Of a stretch of 64,000 nucleotides of DNA, positions 35,211-45,622 are shown one piece after another. Below the pieces are notes generated by a model, which was not told the DNA's origin, ran no database searches, and saw only the letters and a program-made list of their open reading frames with translations. The DNA comes from Isoptericola halotolerans. GTDB taxonomy: Bacteria; Actinomycetota; Actinomycetes; Actinomycetales; Cellulomonadaceae. Location: contig NZ_JABEZU010000003.1 in NCBI RefSeq assembly GCF_013149785.1, positions 62,001 through 126,000 of the forward strand. Direction: 5' to 3'. Positions within the stretch are counted from its first letter, which is position 1; each line of letters opens with the position of its first letter. The translations under genes and the position numbers were made by a program.

Positions 35211-37361
35211 TCAGGCGGAGCCCCCGGGGACGTTCGCGACACCGTCGGGCAGGAGCCTGCGGCCGAGCACCCGCTCGCTGTACCCGGTGCGGTCCAGGTA
35301 CGGCGTGATCCCACCGGTGTGGAAGCCCCACCCGGCGCCGAGGATCATGCACAGGTCGATCTGGGACGGGTCGGACACGACCTGCTCGTCGAGCATGTGC
35401 CCGATCTCGACCGTCAGCGCGGTGAGCACCGAGTCCAGCACGCCCGCGGCGTCCAGCACCGGGGTGCCGGCGCGACCCTCGGTGCCCGCCGGCAGCGCCT
35501 CGCCGAACACGCCCTGGATCGCCGGGTCCACCGGCTTCGGCAGCCCGCGGCCCGGTGCGTCGAGCACGACTCGCGTGCCGTCGGCGACGATCTTCTCCAG
35601 CCCGGCCGAGCGGGGGAACCGGTCGCCGAGGTCCTCGCGCAGCGAGGTCAGCACGTGCAGCCCGACGGCGGGACCGACCAGGTCGAACAGCTCGAAGGTG
35701 GGCATCGGGAAGCCCAGCGGCGCCAGGGCGGTGTCCGCGACCTCCACCGAGGTGCCGTTCTCGACCGCCTCGACGACCTTGCCCATGACGAGCACCAGCA
35801 GCCGGTTCACGACGAAGCCGGGACGGTCGGCCACGAGCACCGCCGTCTTGCGCAGGCTCTTCGTGATCGCGAACGCGGTGGCCAGGGCCTCGTCCGAGGT
35901 GTGCTCGGCGTTGACGACCTCCACCAGCGGCATCTGGGCCACCGGGTTGAAGAAGTGGATCCCGACCACGCGCTCGGGGTGGCGCAGGTCCGCGGCCATC
36001 TCGGTGATCGACAGCGCCGAGGTGTTGGTCGCCAGGACCGTGTCCTCGCCGACGATCTCCTCGAGCTCGGCGAAGACCTTCTTCTTCAGGCCCATGACCT
36101 CGGTGACCGCCTCGATCACGACGTCGCAGGAGGCGAGGTCGGTGATCTCGGTGGTGCCCGAGACGCTGGCGACGATGCGGTCACCGACCTCCGGCTTCAT
36201 CCGGCCGCGAGCGACCAGCTTGTCCACGGTGCTGCGGACGAAGCCCAGGCCCTTCTCGACGCGCTCGGTGTCCAGGTCGCGCATGACGACCGGGACGCCC
36301 AGACGCTGCGAGACCAGCAGCGCGATCTGGGCGGCCATCAGCCCGGCACCCACGATGCCGACGCGCGTCACCGGCCTGGCGAGCCTCTTGTCCGGCGCGC
36401 CCTTCGGCTTCTTGCCCGACGACGTGAGCTGGAACGCGTAGACGCTCGCCCGCATCTCGTCGGACATGATGAGGTCGGCCAGCGCCTCGTCCTCGGCGGC
36501 GAACGCCTCCTCGCGCGAGGCGGTGCGGGCACCCGCCAGCAGGTCCAGCGCGCGGTAGGGGGCCGGCCGGGAGCCGTGGATCACCGCGTCGAGGCGCTCG
36601 CGGGTGGCGTGCACGACGGCGTCCCACACGGGCTGCGGGTCGAGCTCCCGCCGCGCCGGGGTGACCTCACCGCGCAGCACGCGGGCGGCCCAGTCGACCG
36701 ACCGCTCGAGGAAGTCCGCGGCCTCGAACAGCTCGTCGACCAGGCCGATCTCGAGGGCCTCGGCGGGCTTGAACGGCTTGTTCGCCGCCGGCCGGGTGAG
36801 GAGCACGTCGACGGCCTTCTCGATGCCGACCAGGCGCGGGACGAGGTAGGCGCCGCCCCAGCCCGGCACGAGCCCGAGACCGGTCTCGGGCAGTCCGAGC
36901 GCTGCGGCGTCGGACGCCACGGAGCGGTAGTCGCAGTTCAGCGCGACCTCGAGGCCGCCACCGAGCGCCAGGCCGTTGACGAACGCGAACGTCGGCACGC
37001 CCATGGTGTGCAGCAGCTCGTAGGCGGTGTGGCCCGAGCGGCCGAGCTCGAGCGCCTGCTCGCGTGAGGTCACCGCCCCGACGCCGAGGAGATCGGCGCC
37101 CGCGGCGAGGAAGTAGGGCTTGCCGGTGACGCCGACGCCGACGATCTCACCGGCGGCGGCCCGCTGCTGCAGTGCCCTCAGTGCCGCGGTGAGCTCGGCG
37201 AGGCCCTCGGGGCCGAGGGTGCTCGGCTTGGTGTGGTCGAGCCCGTTGTCGAGGGTGACGAGCGCGAGGGTGCCGCCGCCGTCGGGCAGGGCGACGTCGC
37301 GCACGAGCGAGTGGGTGACGCGCTCGGTGCGCCCCTGCGAGGTCTGGGTGGTCTCCGCCAT
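35211..37361 (-). CDS. fadB: Fatty acid beta-oxidation multifunctional enzyme (enoyl-CoA hydratase + 3-hydroxyacyl-CoA dehydrogenase)
   Basis: AGADL, LGGGLE, LPE crotonase motifs; GAGLMA, NTSAL, HFFNPV, PGFVVNR. Confidence 0.9.
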   Translation of the reverse strand: MAETTQTSQGRTERVTHSLVRDVALPDGGGTLALVTLDNGLDHTKPSTLGPEGLAELTAALRALQQRAAAGEIVGVGVTGKPYFLAAGADLLGVGAVTSREQALELGRSGHTAYELLHTMGVPTFAFVNGLALGGGLEVALNCDYRSVASDAAALGLPETGLGLVPGWGGAYLVPRLVGIEKAVDVLLTRPAANKPFKPAEALEIGLVDELFEAADFLERSVDWAARVLRGEVTPARRELDPQPVWDAVVHATRERLDAVIHGSRPAPYRALDLLAGARTASREEAFAAEDEALADLIMSDEMRASVYAFQLTSSGKKPKGAPDKRLARPVTRVGIVGAGLMAAQIALLVSQRLGVPVVMRDLDTERVEKGLGFVRSTVDKLVARGRMKPEVGDRIVASVSGTTEITDLASCDVVIEAVTEVMGLKKKVFAELEEIVGEDTVLATNTSALSITEMAADLRHPERVVGIHFFNPVAQMPLVEVVNAEHTSDEALATAFAITKSLRKTAVLVADRPGFVVNRLLVLVMGKVVEAVENGTSVEVADTALAPLGFPMPTFELFDLVGPAVGLHVLTSLREDLGDRFPRSAGLEKIVADGTRVVLDAPGRGLPKPVDPAIQGVFGEALPAGTEGRAGTPVLDAAGVLDSVLTALTVEIGHMLDEQVVSDPSQIDLCMILGAGWGFHTGGITPYLDRTGYSERVLGRRLLPDGVANVPGGSA

Positions 37362-37368
37362 GGTCAGT

Positions 37369-38640
37369 TCAGCCCTCCGTGGTTGCCGGGACGTGGCCCG
37401 AGTAGTCGGCGTGGTGCGGGTTCTCCCAGATCACGGTGCCGCCCTGTCCGAGCCCGACGCACATGGTCGTGATGCCGTAGCGGACCTCGGGATGCTGGGC
37501 GAACTGGCGGGCGAGCTGCGTCATGAGACGCACGCCCGAGCTGGCCAGCGGGTGGCCGACGGCGATCGCGCCGCCGTAGCGGTTGACGCGCTCGTCGTCG
37601 TCGGCGATGCCGTAGTGGTCCAGGAAGCTGAGCACCTGCACGGCGAAGGCTTCGTTGATCTCGAACAGGCCGATGTCGTCGATGCTCAGCCCTGCCTTCG
37701 CGAGCGCCTTGTCGGTGGCCGGTACGGGCCCGTAGCCCATGATCTCCGCCGGGACGCCGGCGAAGGCGTAGGAGACCATCCGCATGGCGGCCGGCAGGCC
37801 GAGCTCGTCGGCGGTCTCGCCCGCCGCGAGCAGCGACACGGTGGCGCCGTCGGTGAGCGGCGAGGCGTTGCCGGCCGTGACGCGGCCCCCGGGCCGGAAC
37901 GGCGTCTTGAGACCGGCGATGCCCTCGACGGTGGTGCTGGGCCGGGGGAGCTCGTCGGCGGTGGCCAGGCCCCACCCCTGCTCGGTCGAGCGGACGGCGA
38001 CGGGCACGATCTCCGGGCCGATGTCGCCGTTGGCGACGGCCTTGGCGTACTTGGCCTGGGTGTCGACCGCGTACGCGTCGGCCCGCTCCTTGGTCAGGTG
38101 CGGGAACTTGTCGTGCAGGTTCTCGGCTGTCACGCCCATGTTGAGCGCGGCCGGGTCGACCAGCTTCTCGGCGAGGAACCGCGGGTTGGGGTCGGCGTCC
38201 AGGCCCATGGGGTGGCGCCCCATGTGCTCCACCCCACCGGCGACGACGACGTCGGACGCGCCGACGGCGATGCTGGAGGCCGTGGTGGTCACCGCGGTCA
38301 TGGCGCCGGCGCACATGCGGTCGATCGCGTAGCCGGGCACGGAGTGCGGCAGTCCCGCCAGGAGGCCGACCGTGCGGCCGAGGGTGAGCCCCTGGTCGCC
38401 CTGCTGGGTGGTCGCGGCGATCGCGACCTCGTCGATCCGGTCGAGGGGGAGTCCGGGGTGGCGGCGCAGCAGCTCGCGCAGGGCCTTGACGACGAGGTCG
38501 TCGGCCCGCGTCTCGGCGAGGAGCCCGTCGGCCTTGGCCTTGCCGAAGGGGGTGCGCACCCCCTCGACGAAGACCACGTCGCGCAGTGCGCGGGGGGCCG
38601 GGTCGCGGGTCGTGCCGGGGGCCTGGGGGGCCACGGTCAT
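37369..38640 (-). CDS. fadA: Acetyl-CoA acyltransferase (thiolase)
   Basis: RMCAGA, NEAFA, GHPLASSG, MCVGLGQG. Confidence 0.92.
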   Translation of the reverse strand: MTVAPQAPGTTRDPAPRALRDVVFVEGVRTPFGKAKADGLLAETRADDLVVKALRELLRRHPGLPLDRIDEVAIAATTQQGDQGLTLGRTVGLLAGLPHSVPGYAIDRMCAGAMTAVTTTASSIAVGASDVVVAGGVEHMGRHPMGLDADPNPRFLAEKLVDPAALNMGVTAENLHDKFPHLTKERADAYAVDTQAKYAKAVANGDIGPEIVPVAVRSTEQGWGLATADELPRPSTTVEGIAGLKTPFRPGGRVTAGNASPLTDGATVSLLAAGETADELGLPAAMRMVSYAFAGVPAEIMGYGPVPATDKALAKAGLSIDDIGLFEINEAFAVQVLSFLDHYGIADDDERVNRYGGAIAVGHPLASSGVRLMTQLARQFAQHPEVRYGITTMCVGLGQGGTVIWENPHHADYSGHVPATTEG

Positions 38641-38801
38641 GGCAGCTCCGTCCGTTGCGGTGGTTCGGTTCCGACGGTGCCGGGAGCATCGTCGCTCGGA
38701 GCCTCCGGAGGATCACCCGGGGCTCAGGTACACGCTACCGCGCGTACCGGAAACAGCATAGACCATCTGAGACCGAGTATCAGGAGCTTGTCGGCGGCTG
38801 G

Positions 38802-40037
38802 TCACACCTCGGCGAAGGCGGTCGCCAACCGTTCGGCGAGCAGGCCGATCTGCCACTCGCGCGCCTGTCGGCCGCGCAGGAAGTCGGCGATCTCCGGAGC
38901 CCCCGCGGGCCGAGGAGGCGTCCAGCACACCCGGCGCAGGGCATCCGGCTGCAGGAGGTTCTCGGACGGCACGCTGTGCTCCTGCGAGAGCTGCGACACG
39001 ATCTCGCGGGCCGCGTCGAGGCGACGCGCTGCGACCGGGTCTCGGTCCGCCCAGGCGCGGGGTGCGGGAGGGGCGTCCGTCCGGGGCCCGCGCGTCGAGG
39101 GCAGCGCATCCTCGTCGAGGGCGAGCGCCGCGTCGATCGCCTGCTGCCACACCGGCGCACGCCGTCGGGCACCCTTGGTCGCGAACTCCGGCAGCGCGAC
39201 GAGCTGCGGCACGGTGCGCGGCAGGGCCTTGGCCGCTGCGACGATCGCGCGATCGGGCAGGACGCGGCCGGGCGAGACGTCCCGCTGGCGGGCGTTCGCC
39301 TCTCGCGCCTCCCACAGGCTGCGGACGACGGCGAGGCGTCGCTGCCCCGTGACCGTGTGGCTGCCGGAGGTGCGGCGCCAGGGCTCCACCCGCGGCGGCG
39401 CGGGCGGCAACGTCCGCACGTGCTCGAACTCCTGGGCCGCCCACTCGCTCTTGCCCGCCGCGGCCAGGCGTTCGGCGAGCACGTCCCGCACGGCCACGAG
39501 CACCTCGACGTCCAGCGCGGCGTACCGCAACCAGTCCTCGGGCAGCGGACGCGTCGACCAGTCGACCGCCGAGTGCTCCTTGGCCAGCCCGAGCCCCAGG
39601 GTGTCGGCCACGACGGCGGCGAGGCCGACCCGCGGCATCCCCAGCAGGCGGGCGGCCAGCTCGGTGTCGAACAGGCTCGCCGGCCGCAGCCCGTGCTCGG
39701 TGAAGCCGGGCAGGTCCTGGGAGGCGGCGTGCAGCACCCACTCGGCGTCCCCGACGGCCTCGCCCAGCGCGGACAGGTCAGGCAGCGGCACGGGGTCGAT
39801 CAGCGCCGTGCCGGCACCCTCCCGACGGACCTGGACCAGGTACGTCGACTGGCCGTACCGGTATCCCGAGGCGCGTTCCGCGTCCGCGGCGACCGGTCCC
39901 GAACCCGCCGCGAAGGCCTCGACCACCCGTGCGAGCGCCTGCGGGGTGTCCACGACCCGCCCGACGCCGTCGGCGGGCTCGGTCAGCGGGGCGATCTCGA
40001 CGTCGTCGGTGGCGTCGGCAGGCAGGGCTGAGCTCAT
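38802..40037 (-). CDS. rnd: Ribonuclease D (3'-5' exonuclease + HRDC)
   Basis: DAERASG, HAASQDL, FDTELA, DWSTRPL, YAALDV. Confidence 0.9.
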   Translation of the reverse strand: MSSALPADATDDVEIAPLTEPADGVGRVVDTPQALARVVEAFAAGSGPVAADAERASGYRYGQSTYLVQVRREGAGTALIDPVPLPDLSALGEAVGDAEWVLHAASQDLPGFTEHGLRPASLFDTELAARLLGMPRVGLAAVVADTLGLGLAKEHSAVDWSTRPLPEDWLRYAALDVEVLVAVRDVLAERLAAAGKSEWAAQEFEHVRTLPPAPPRVEPWRRTSGSHTVTGQRRLAVVRSLWEAREANARQRDVSPGRVLPDRAIVAAAKALPRTVPQLVALPEFATKGARRRAPVWQQAIDAALALDEDALPSTRGPRTDAPPAPRAWADRDPVAARRLDAAREIVSQLSQEHSVPSENLLQPDALRRVCWTPPRPAGAPEIADFLRGRQAREWQIGLLAERLATAFAEV

Positions 40038-40615
40038 GGACCTACCGTACGGCGCCGCACGTCCAGCGCGGTCACCCCGTCCGGCAGCGGTGGCAGCCCG
40101 CCCGCCGTCGACATCAGGTCCGCCCAGACCTCCAGGTGCGCGCCGAGGTCGGTGCCGGTCGGCGTCCAGGAGGCACGGATCTCCAGGTCGACGGCCGCGG
40201 GCGTGGCCTCCAGCTCCCCGTAGCTCTGGGAGAGCACCCGCGTGACCGTCCCGCCGGCGGCGATCGCGCCGACCCCGGCCGCCCCGAGGTTCTCCGTGAC
40301 CCACGTCCAGGCGACGTCGCCGAGCATCTCCTCGGCGGCCAGCTCCGCCTCCAGCCGCGTGCGCACCAGCGTCACGACCCGGAAGTCACCACGCCACGCC
40401 TCCTGGCCGTCCGGGTCGTGCAGACCCACGAACCTCCCGGTGGCGATCTCGTCCTCGTCGAGGAAGACCTCGCCCTCCAGGGCCAGCGAGAACGGGGCCA
40501 CCCGCCGGGGCCCCGGAACCTCGACCAGCCGGACCTCCGGGCGCAGGCGACGCCCGCGCAGCGAGGCCAGGGCGGCCGCGAACCGTTCCGGCACGTCACG
40601 CTGGGTTCCGCTCAC
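40034..40615 (-). CDS. DUF3000 family protein
   Basis: GRFV.LHDP.GQEAW.G.FR, GGTVT, EIRASWTP; coupled to rnd. Confidence 0.82.
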   Translation of the reverse strand: MSGTQRDVPERFAAALASLRGRRLRPEVRLVEVPGPRRVAPFSLALEGEVFLDEDEIATGRFVGLHDPDGQEAWRGDFRVVTLVRTRLEAELAAEEMLGDVAWTWVTENLGAAGVGAIAAGGTVTRVLSQSYGELEATPAAVDLEIRASWTPTGTDLGAHLEVWADLMSTAGGLPPLPDGVTALDVRRRTVGP

Positions 40616-40758
40616 CGCACCACCGTACGACGCGGGCCGGTGTCCGGATCCCGGCGCGTGGGCGTGTCGCCCCACGCGGACGACTAGGCTGGTCGCGGCC
40701 TCCCGGGCACGCCGTCAGCAGGCGCCCGGACACGCTCTTCACGAGGAAGCAGGAATCG

Positions 40759-42207
40759 ATGACAGCACGTGCCCAGATCGGTGTCACCGGACTCGCGGTG
40801 ATGGGTCGCAACCTCGCGCGCAACTTCGCCCGCCACGGCTACACCGTGGCCGTGCACAACCGCAGCTACGCCAAGACGCAGTCCCTGGTCGAGGAGGCCG
40901 GCCACGAGGGCGACTTCGTGCCGTCCGAGTCGATGGCCGACTTCGTGGCCTCGCTGGAACGACCGCGCAAGGTCGTCATCATGGTCAAGGCGGGTGCCGC
41001 GACCGACGCCGTCATCGACGAGCTGCTGCCGCTGCTCGAGGAGGGCGACATCGTCGTCGACGCCGGCAACGCGCACTTCCCGGACACCATCCGCCGCGAG
41101 GAGGCGCTGAGCGCCCGCGGCCTTCACTTCGTGGGCACCGGCGTGTCCGGCGGTGAGGAGGGCGCGCTGCTCGGCCCGTCGATCATGCCCGGTGGCACCC
41201 GCGAGTCCTACGAGTCGCTCGGGCCCATCCTCGAGGCGATCTCCGCGAAGGTCGACGGCACGCCGTGCTGCACCTACGTCGGCCCGAACGGTGCCGGGCA
41301 CTTCGTGAAGATGGTGCACAACGGCATCGAGTACGCCGACATGCAGCTCATCGCCGAGGCCTACGACCTGCTCAAGCAGGGACTCGGTGCCTCGGCGGCG
41401 GAGATCGGCCAGATCTTCGCCGAGTGGAACTCCGGCGACCTCGAGTCCTTCCTCATCGAGATCACGGCCGACGTGCTGCAGCACGTCGACGCCGAGACCG
41501 GGTCCGCCTTCGTCGACATCGTCCTGGACCAGGCCGAGCAGAAGGGCACCGGCCGCTGGACGGTGCAGAACGGCCTCGACCTGGGCGTGCCCATCACCGG
41601 CATCGCCGAGGCGACCTTCGCCCGCGCGCTGTCCGGCTCCGTCCCGCAGCGCGAGGCGGGCCACGCGGCGCTGCCCGCGCACACCCAGGAGTGGGAGATC
41701 GGGGCGGACGACGACTCCCGCGCCCGTTTCGTGGAGGACGTCCGGCTGGCCCTGTACGCGTCGAAGGTCGTCGCCTACTCCCAGGGCTTCGACCAGATCG
41801 CCGCGGCGTCCGCCGAGAACGGCTGGGACATCGACCGTGGCGCGATGGCCCGCATCTGGCGCGGTGGGTGCATCATCCGCGCCCGCTTCCTCAACCGGAT
41901 CACCGAGGCGTACGAGCGGGACGCCAACCTCCCGCTGCTGCTCGCCGACGAGTACTTCACGAACGCGGTCGGCAACGGTCTCGCGGCGTGGCGCCGGGTC
42001 GTGGCCGCCGCGGCGCAGAACGGCGTCCCGACGCCCGCCTTCAGCTCCTCGCTCGCGTACTACGACGGTGTGCGCGCCGAGCGCCTCCCGGCGGCGCTGA
42101 TCCAGGCGCAGCGCGACTTCTTCGGTGCGCACACCTACCGCCGGACCGACCGCGAGGGGACGTTCCACACCCAGTGGTCCGCCGACCGTACCGAGCAGGA
42201 GGCCTGA
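40759..42207 (+). CDS. gnd: NADP-dependent 6-phosphogluconate dehydrogenase
   Basis: GLAVMG, VSGGEEGA, HFVKMVHNGIEY, QKGTGRW, QRDFFGAHTY. Confidence 0.97.
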   Translation: MTARAQIGVTGLAVMGRNLARNFARHGYTVAVHNRSYAKTQSLVEEAGHEGDFVPSESMADFVASLERPRKVVIMVKAGAATDAVIDELLPLLEEGDIVVDAGNAHFPDTIRREEALSARGLHFVGTGVSGGEEGALLGPSIMPGGTRESYESLGPILEAISAKVDGTPCCTYVGPNGAGHFVKMVHNGIEYADMQLIAEAYDLLKQGLGASAAEIGQIFAEWNSGDLESFLIEITADVLQHVDAETGSAFVDIVLDQAEQKGTGRWTVQNGLDLGVPITGIAEATFARALSGSVPQREAGHAALPAHTQEWEIGADDDSRARFVEDVRLALYASKVVAYSQGFDQIAAASAENGWDIDRGAMARIWRGGCIIRARFLNRITEAYERDANLPLLLADEYFTNAVGNGLAAWRRVVAAAAQNGVPTPAFSSSLAYYDGVRAERLPAALIQAQRDFFGAHTYRRTDREGTFHTQWSADRTEQEA

Positions 42208-42215
42208 GAACCCTC

Positions 42216-43550
42216 GTGAGCAGCTCACCTGCGGAGTCCGGGGCCGCGGGCCCCGGGTTCCACCCCGTGATCGTCGGGTCGGACATCGGCGTGTACGGCC
42301 TGACGCGTTCCTTCCACGAGCAGTACGGCCTGCGGACCACCGTGGTCGCGTTCGCCGAGCCCGGCCCCATCGCGCACTCCCAGCTCATCGACACCGTGCT
42401 GTCCGGCACGGCGCCCGCCGAGATCGTCGCGACGCTGGAGCGGGTGGCCACCGAGCGGCGTGCGGCGGGCCACCGCGAGCCCTTGCTGCTGCAGTCGAAC
42501 ATGGACTGGGTGGTGCGGATCCTCGCCCACCACCGCGCCGTGCTCGAGACGGCGGGCTACGTGCTGCCGTACGCGGACGTCGAGCTCATCGACCGGATCT
42601 GCGACAAGGCCGAGTTCTCGGCCGTGTGCGCCGAGCTCGGCATCCCCACACCGGACACCGTCATCCAGGACTTCGCCGCCGCCGCGGACGAGCAGTGGAA
42701 GCCGGAACCCGTGGCCTTCGACTACCCGGTGATCGCCAAGCCGGCCTCCAGCGCCGACTACCACGACGTGCGGTTCACGGGGAAGAAGAAGATCTACGAG
42801 ATCGCCACGCCCGACGAGCTCGACCGGCTCTGGTCGTCCTTGCGTGGCGCCGGCTTCCGTGGCCGGTTCCTGGTGCAAGAGATGATCCCGGGCGACGACA
42901 CCCAGATGCGTTCGGTGACCACCTACTCCGACACCTCGGGCCGGGTCACCCTGCGGTGCTCCGCCCGGGTGCTCCTCGAGGAGCGCACCCCGGCCGCCCG
43001 GGGGAACCCCTCGGCGATGATCGTCGAGCCGGTCAAGGAGATCCTCGACGCCGCGCAGCGGATCTGCGAGCGCACCGGGTGGCGCGGGTTCGCGAACTTC
43101 GACGTCAAGCTGGACCCGCGCGACGGCGTCTACAAGTTCTTCGAGCAGAACCCCCGCATCGGCCGGAACAACTACTACCTCACCGCAGGTGGGCAGAACC
43201 CGACCGAGGTGCTCGTGGACGACGTGATCCGCGGCGAGCGTCGCGAGCTCGTCACCGCCCGGCGCGAGGTCCTGTACTCCGTGGTGCCGCACGCGCTGCT
43301 GCGCCGCTACGTGCTGGACCAGGGGCTGCGCGCCCGTGTGGTCGGGCTGATGCGCACCGGGCGGTCGGTGCACCCGCTGCGGTACCCCGCCGACGCGAGC
43401 CCGCGCCGTCGTCTCTACGTGCTGACCGCCCTGGTCAACCACGTGCGCAAGTACCGGCGCTACTACCCGACCAGTGCGCTGCGGGCCAACTACGACGCTG
43501 CGCAGGCCGCGTCGGCCGCCCGGCCCTCGGCGGGACGGGGGAGCCGATGA
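42216..43550 (+). CDS. ATP-grasp carboxylate-amine ligase, D-aspartate ligase (Aslfm)-like, paralog 1
   Basis: PVIVGSDIGVYGLTRSFHEQYG, IAKPASS, GKKK, QEMIPGDD, NFDVKLDPRDG, FEQNPRIGR. Confidence 0.8.
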   Translation: MSSSPAESGAAGPGFHPVIVGSDIGVYGLTRSFHEQYGLRTTVVAFAEPGPIAHSQLIDTVLSGTAPAEIVATLERVATERRAAGHREPLLLQSNMDWVVRILAHHRAVLETAGYVLPYADVELIDRICDKAEFSAVCAELGIPTPDTVIQDFAAAADEQWKPEPVAFDYPVIAKPASSADYHDVRFTGKKKIYEIATPDELDRLWSSLRGAGFRGRFLVQEMIPGDDTQMRSVTTYSDTSGRVTLRCSARVLLEERTPAARGNPSAMIVEPVKEILDAAQRICERTGWRGFANFDVKLDPRDGVYKFFEQNPRIGRNNYYLTAGGQNPTEVLVDDVIRGERRELVTARREVLYSVVPHALLRRYVLDQGLRARVVGLMRTGRSVHPLRYPADASPRRRLYVLTALVNHVRKYRRYYPTSALRANYDAAQAASAARPSAGRGSR

Positions 43551-44842
43551 ACCGGCGGCTGCAACCGGTCGTCCTCGGCGGCGACATCGGTGCGTACTCC
43601 CTGGCGCGCACCTTCCACGAGGCGTACGGCGTCAAGCCGGTGGTCGTCTCCGGGATGTCCACCGGCCTGGTGCGACACTCGCGGATCCTGCACCACGTCG
43701 CCGAGCCGCGCATCGACGACCCCGACGCGATCGTGGCCCGGCTGCGTGCGGTGGCCGCCGAGCACACCGACGCCGACCTGATCGTCATGGGGTCGGCGGA
43801 CTGGCTCGTGCGCACCCTGGTGGAGAACCGCGACCGCCTGGAGGACCTCTACACGATCCCGTACGTCGGCGAGGAGCTGCTCCTGCGGCTGACCGACAAG
43901 GAGGGCTTCGGCGACCTGTGCGCCGAGCTCGGGATCGCGCACCCCACGACGGTCGTGCACGACGTCGCGGCCGGGGGCCGGCCGGACACCTCCGGTCTGA
44001 CGTTCCCCGTCATCGCCAAGGCGGCGAGCACCGCCGCCTATCACGACGTCGAGTTCGCGGGGAAGAAGAAGGTCTTCCTCGTCGACACGCGCGAGGAGCT
44101 CGAGGGGCTGCTGGGTCGGGTCCGCGACGCCGGGTACGCGGGCTCGTTCGTCATCCAGGACTACATCCCCGGCGACGACTCGGGGATGCGGATCCTCACC
44201 TGCTACTCGGACGCGAACGGCAAGGTGCGCTTCTCGGCGTTCGGCCACGTGCTCCTCGAGGAGCACACCCCCGGCGCCCTCGGCAACCCCGCCGGCATCA
44301 TCACGCAGGTGCAGCCCGACGTCGTCGAGCAGGCGACTCGCCTGCTGGAGCACGTCGGCTGGACGGGTTTCGCGAACTTCGACCTGAAGTACGACCCGCG
44401 CGACGGTCGCTACGTGTTCTTCGAGCTCAACCCGCGGCTGGGGCGCTCGAACTTCTACATCGCGGCGGCGGGGGCCCACGCGGTGAAGTTCTCGGTGCAC
44501 GAGCACCTGCACGGGCTCGACCCGGACCCTCGTGCGGTGCTCGGTGCCGACGTGCCGGTGTCCGCCACCGGCGAGCTCGAGGCCCGCAGCCTCTACACGG
44601 TGCTGCCGGGTCCGCTGCTGCGCCGCTACGTGCTCGACGGCGACGTCCGCGCCGAGGCGCGCCGGCTCGCACGTCGCGGACGGTCCACCAACCCGTTGTG
44701 GTACCGGGCCGAGACGGACCCGCGCCGCATCGCCTACCTCTGCGTCGCGCAGCTCAACCAGTGGCGCAAGTACGCGCGCCACTACCCGCTGGCCGAGGCG
44801 CGCCGGCTGGCCTGGCACGGGCCGGCGACGGGAACGGCGTGA
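43547..44842 (+). CDS. ATP-grasp carboxylate-amine ligase, D-aspartate ligase (Aslfm)-like, paralog 2
   Basis: PVVLGGDIGAYSLARTFHEAYG, GKKK, QDYIPGDDS, LLEEHTP.ALGN, NFDLKYDPRDG, FELNPRLGRS. Confidence 0.82.
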   Translation: MNRRLQPVVLGGDIGAYSLARTFHEAYGVKPVVVSGMSTGLVRHSRILHHVAEPRIDDPDAIVARLRAVAAEHTDADLIVMGSADWLVRTLVENRDRLEDLYTIPYVGEELLLRLTDKEGFGDLCAELGIAHPTTVVHDVAAGGRPDTSGLTFPVIAKAASTAAYHDVEFAGKKKVFLVDTREELEGLLGRVRDAGYAGSFVIQDYIPGDDSGMRILTCYSDANGKVRFSAFGHVLLEEHTPGALGNPAGIITQVQPDVVEQATRLLEHVGWTGFANFDLKYDPRDGRYVFFELNPRLGRSNFYIAAAGAHAVKFSVHEHLHGLDPDPRAVLGADVPVSATGELEARSLYTVLPGPLLRRYVLDGDVRAEARRLARRGRSTNPLWYRAETDPRRIAYLCVAQLNQWRKYARHYPLAEARRLAWHGPATGTA

Positions 44843-45576
44843 GCGAGCCCGAGCCCCTCGCGGGTGCACCGACGCCGCCGGTCGGGGTGATCGGCGGCGT
44901 CGGCCCCCTCGCGACGGCGTACTTCCTGCAGCGTGTCGTCCAGCTGACGGAGGCCGACCGGGACCAGGAGCACGTCGACATGGTCGTGCTGAACCACGCC
45001 ACGGTGCCGGACCGGACGGACTTCGTCGTCGGCCGCTCGACGCTGGACCCGGGACCGGTGCTCGCCCGCGACGCACGGCGGCTGGAGGACTTCGGGGTCC
45101 GCTTCCTGGTGATGCCGTGCAACACGGCGCACTACTTCACCCAGCAGGTGCTCGACGCGATCACCGTGCCGTTCGTGTCGATCGTCGACGTGACCGTGGA
45201 GGCTGCCCGGCGCCGTGACCCGTCGCTGACGAAGGTCGGCCTGCTGGCCACCGCGGGGACCGTGGCCTCGGGGGTCTACGCCGACGCGTTCGGCGCCCAC
45301 GGCATCGAGGCGGTGACGCCCGACGAGGCCGACCAGGCGCTGGTCAGCACCGTGATCTACGACCAGGTCAAGGCGGGGCTCCCCGCCGACGTCGAGATCC
45401 TGCGTGCCGTGGCCGGGCGACTGGTCGAGCAGGGCGCCGGCGTCGTCGTGCTGGGCTGCACCGAGCTGTCGGTCGCCGCCGTCGATCACGGGCTGCTCGA
45501 CGAGCCGCCCTTCCTCGACTCGATGGACGAGCTCGTCCGCGCGACCATCACCCGCGCCGGTCACCGCGTCCGCTGA
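44839..45576 (+). CDS. Aspartate/glutamate racemase family protein
   Basis: IGGVGPLAT, PDRT, two catalytic Cys in MPCNT and LGCTE; GTGA coupling. Confidence 0.9.
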   Translation: MSEPEPLAGAPTPPVGVIGGVGPLATAYFLQRVVQLTEADRDQEHVDMVVLNHATVPDRTDFVVGRSTLDPGPVLARDARRLEDFGVRFLVMPCNTAHYFTQQVLDAITVPFVSIVDVTVEAARRRDPSLTKVGLLATAGTVASGVYADAFGAHGIEAVTPDEADQALVSTVIYDQVKAGLPADVEILRAVAGRLVEQGAGVVVLGCTELSVAAVDHGLLDEPPFLDSMDELVRATITRAGHRVR

Positions 45577-45622
45577 ACGGGTCCGCGGCCCTGGCTCTGC
45601 GGCCCCCCGCGCAGGGGTGCGC

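Noticed and set aside
41265..44838. Apparent long N-terminal extensions of the two ligases and the racemase
   Set aside because: They are off-frame readthrough of upstream genes; coupled starts at 42216, 43547 and 44839 fit better.
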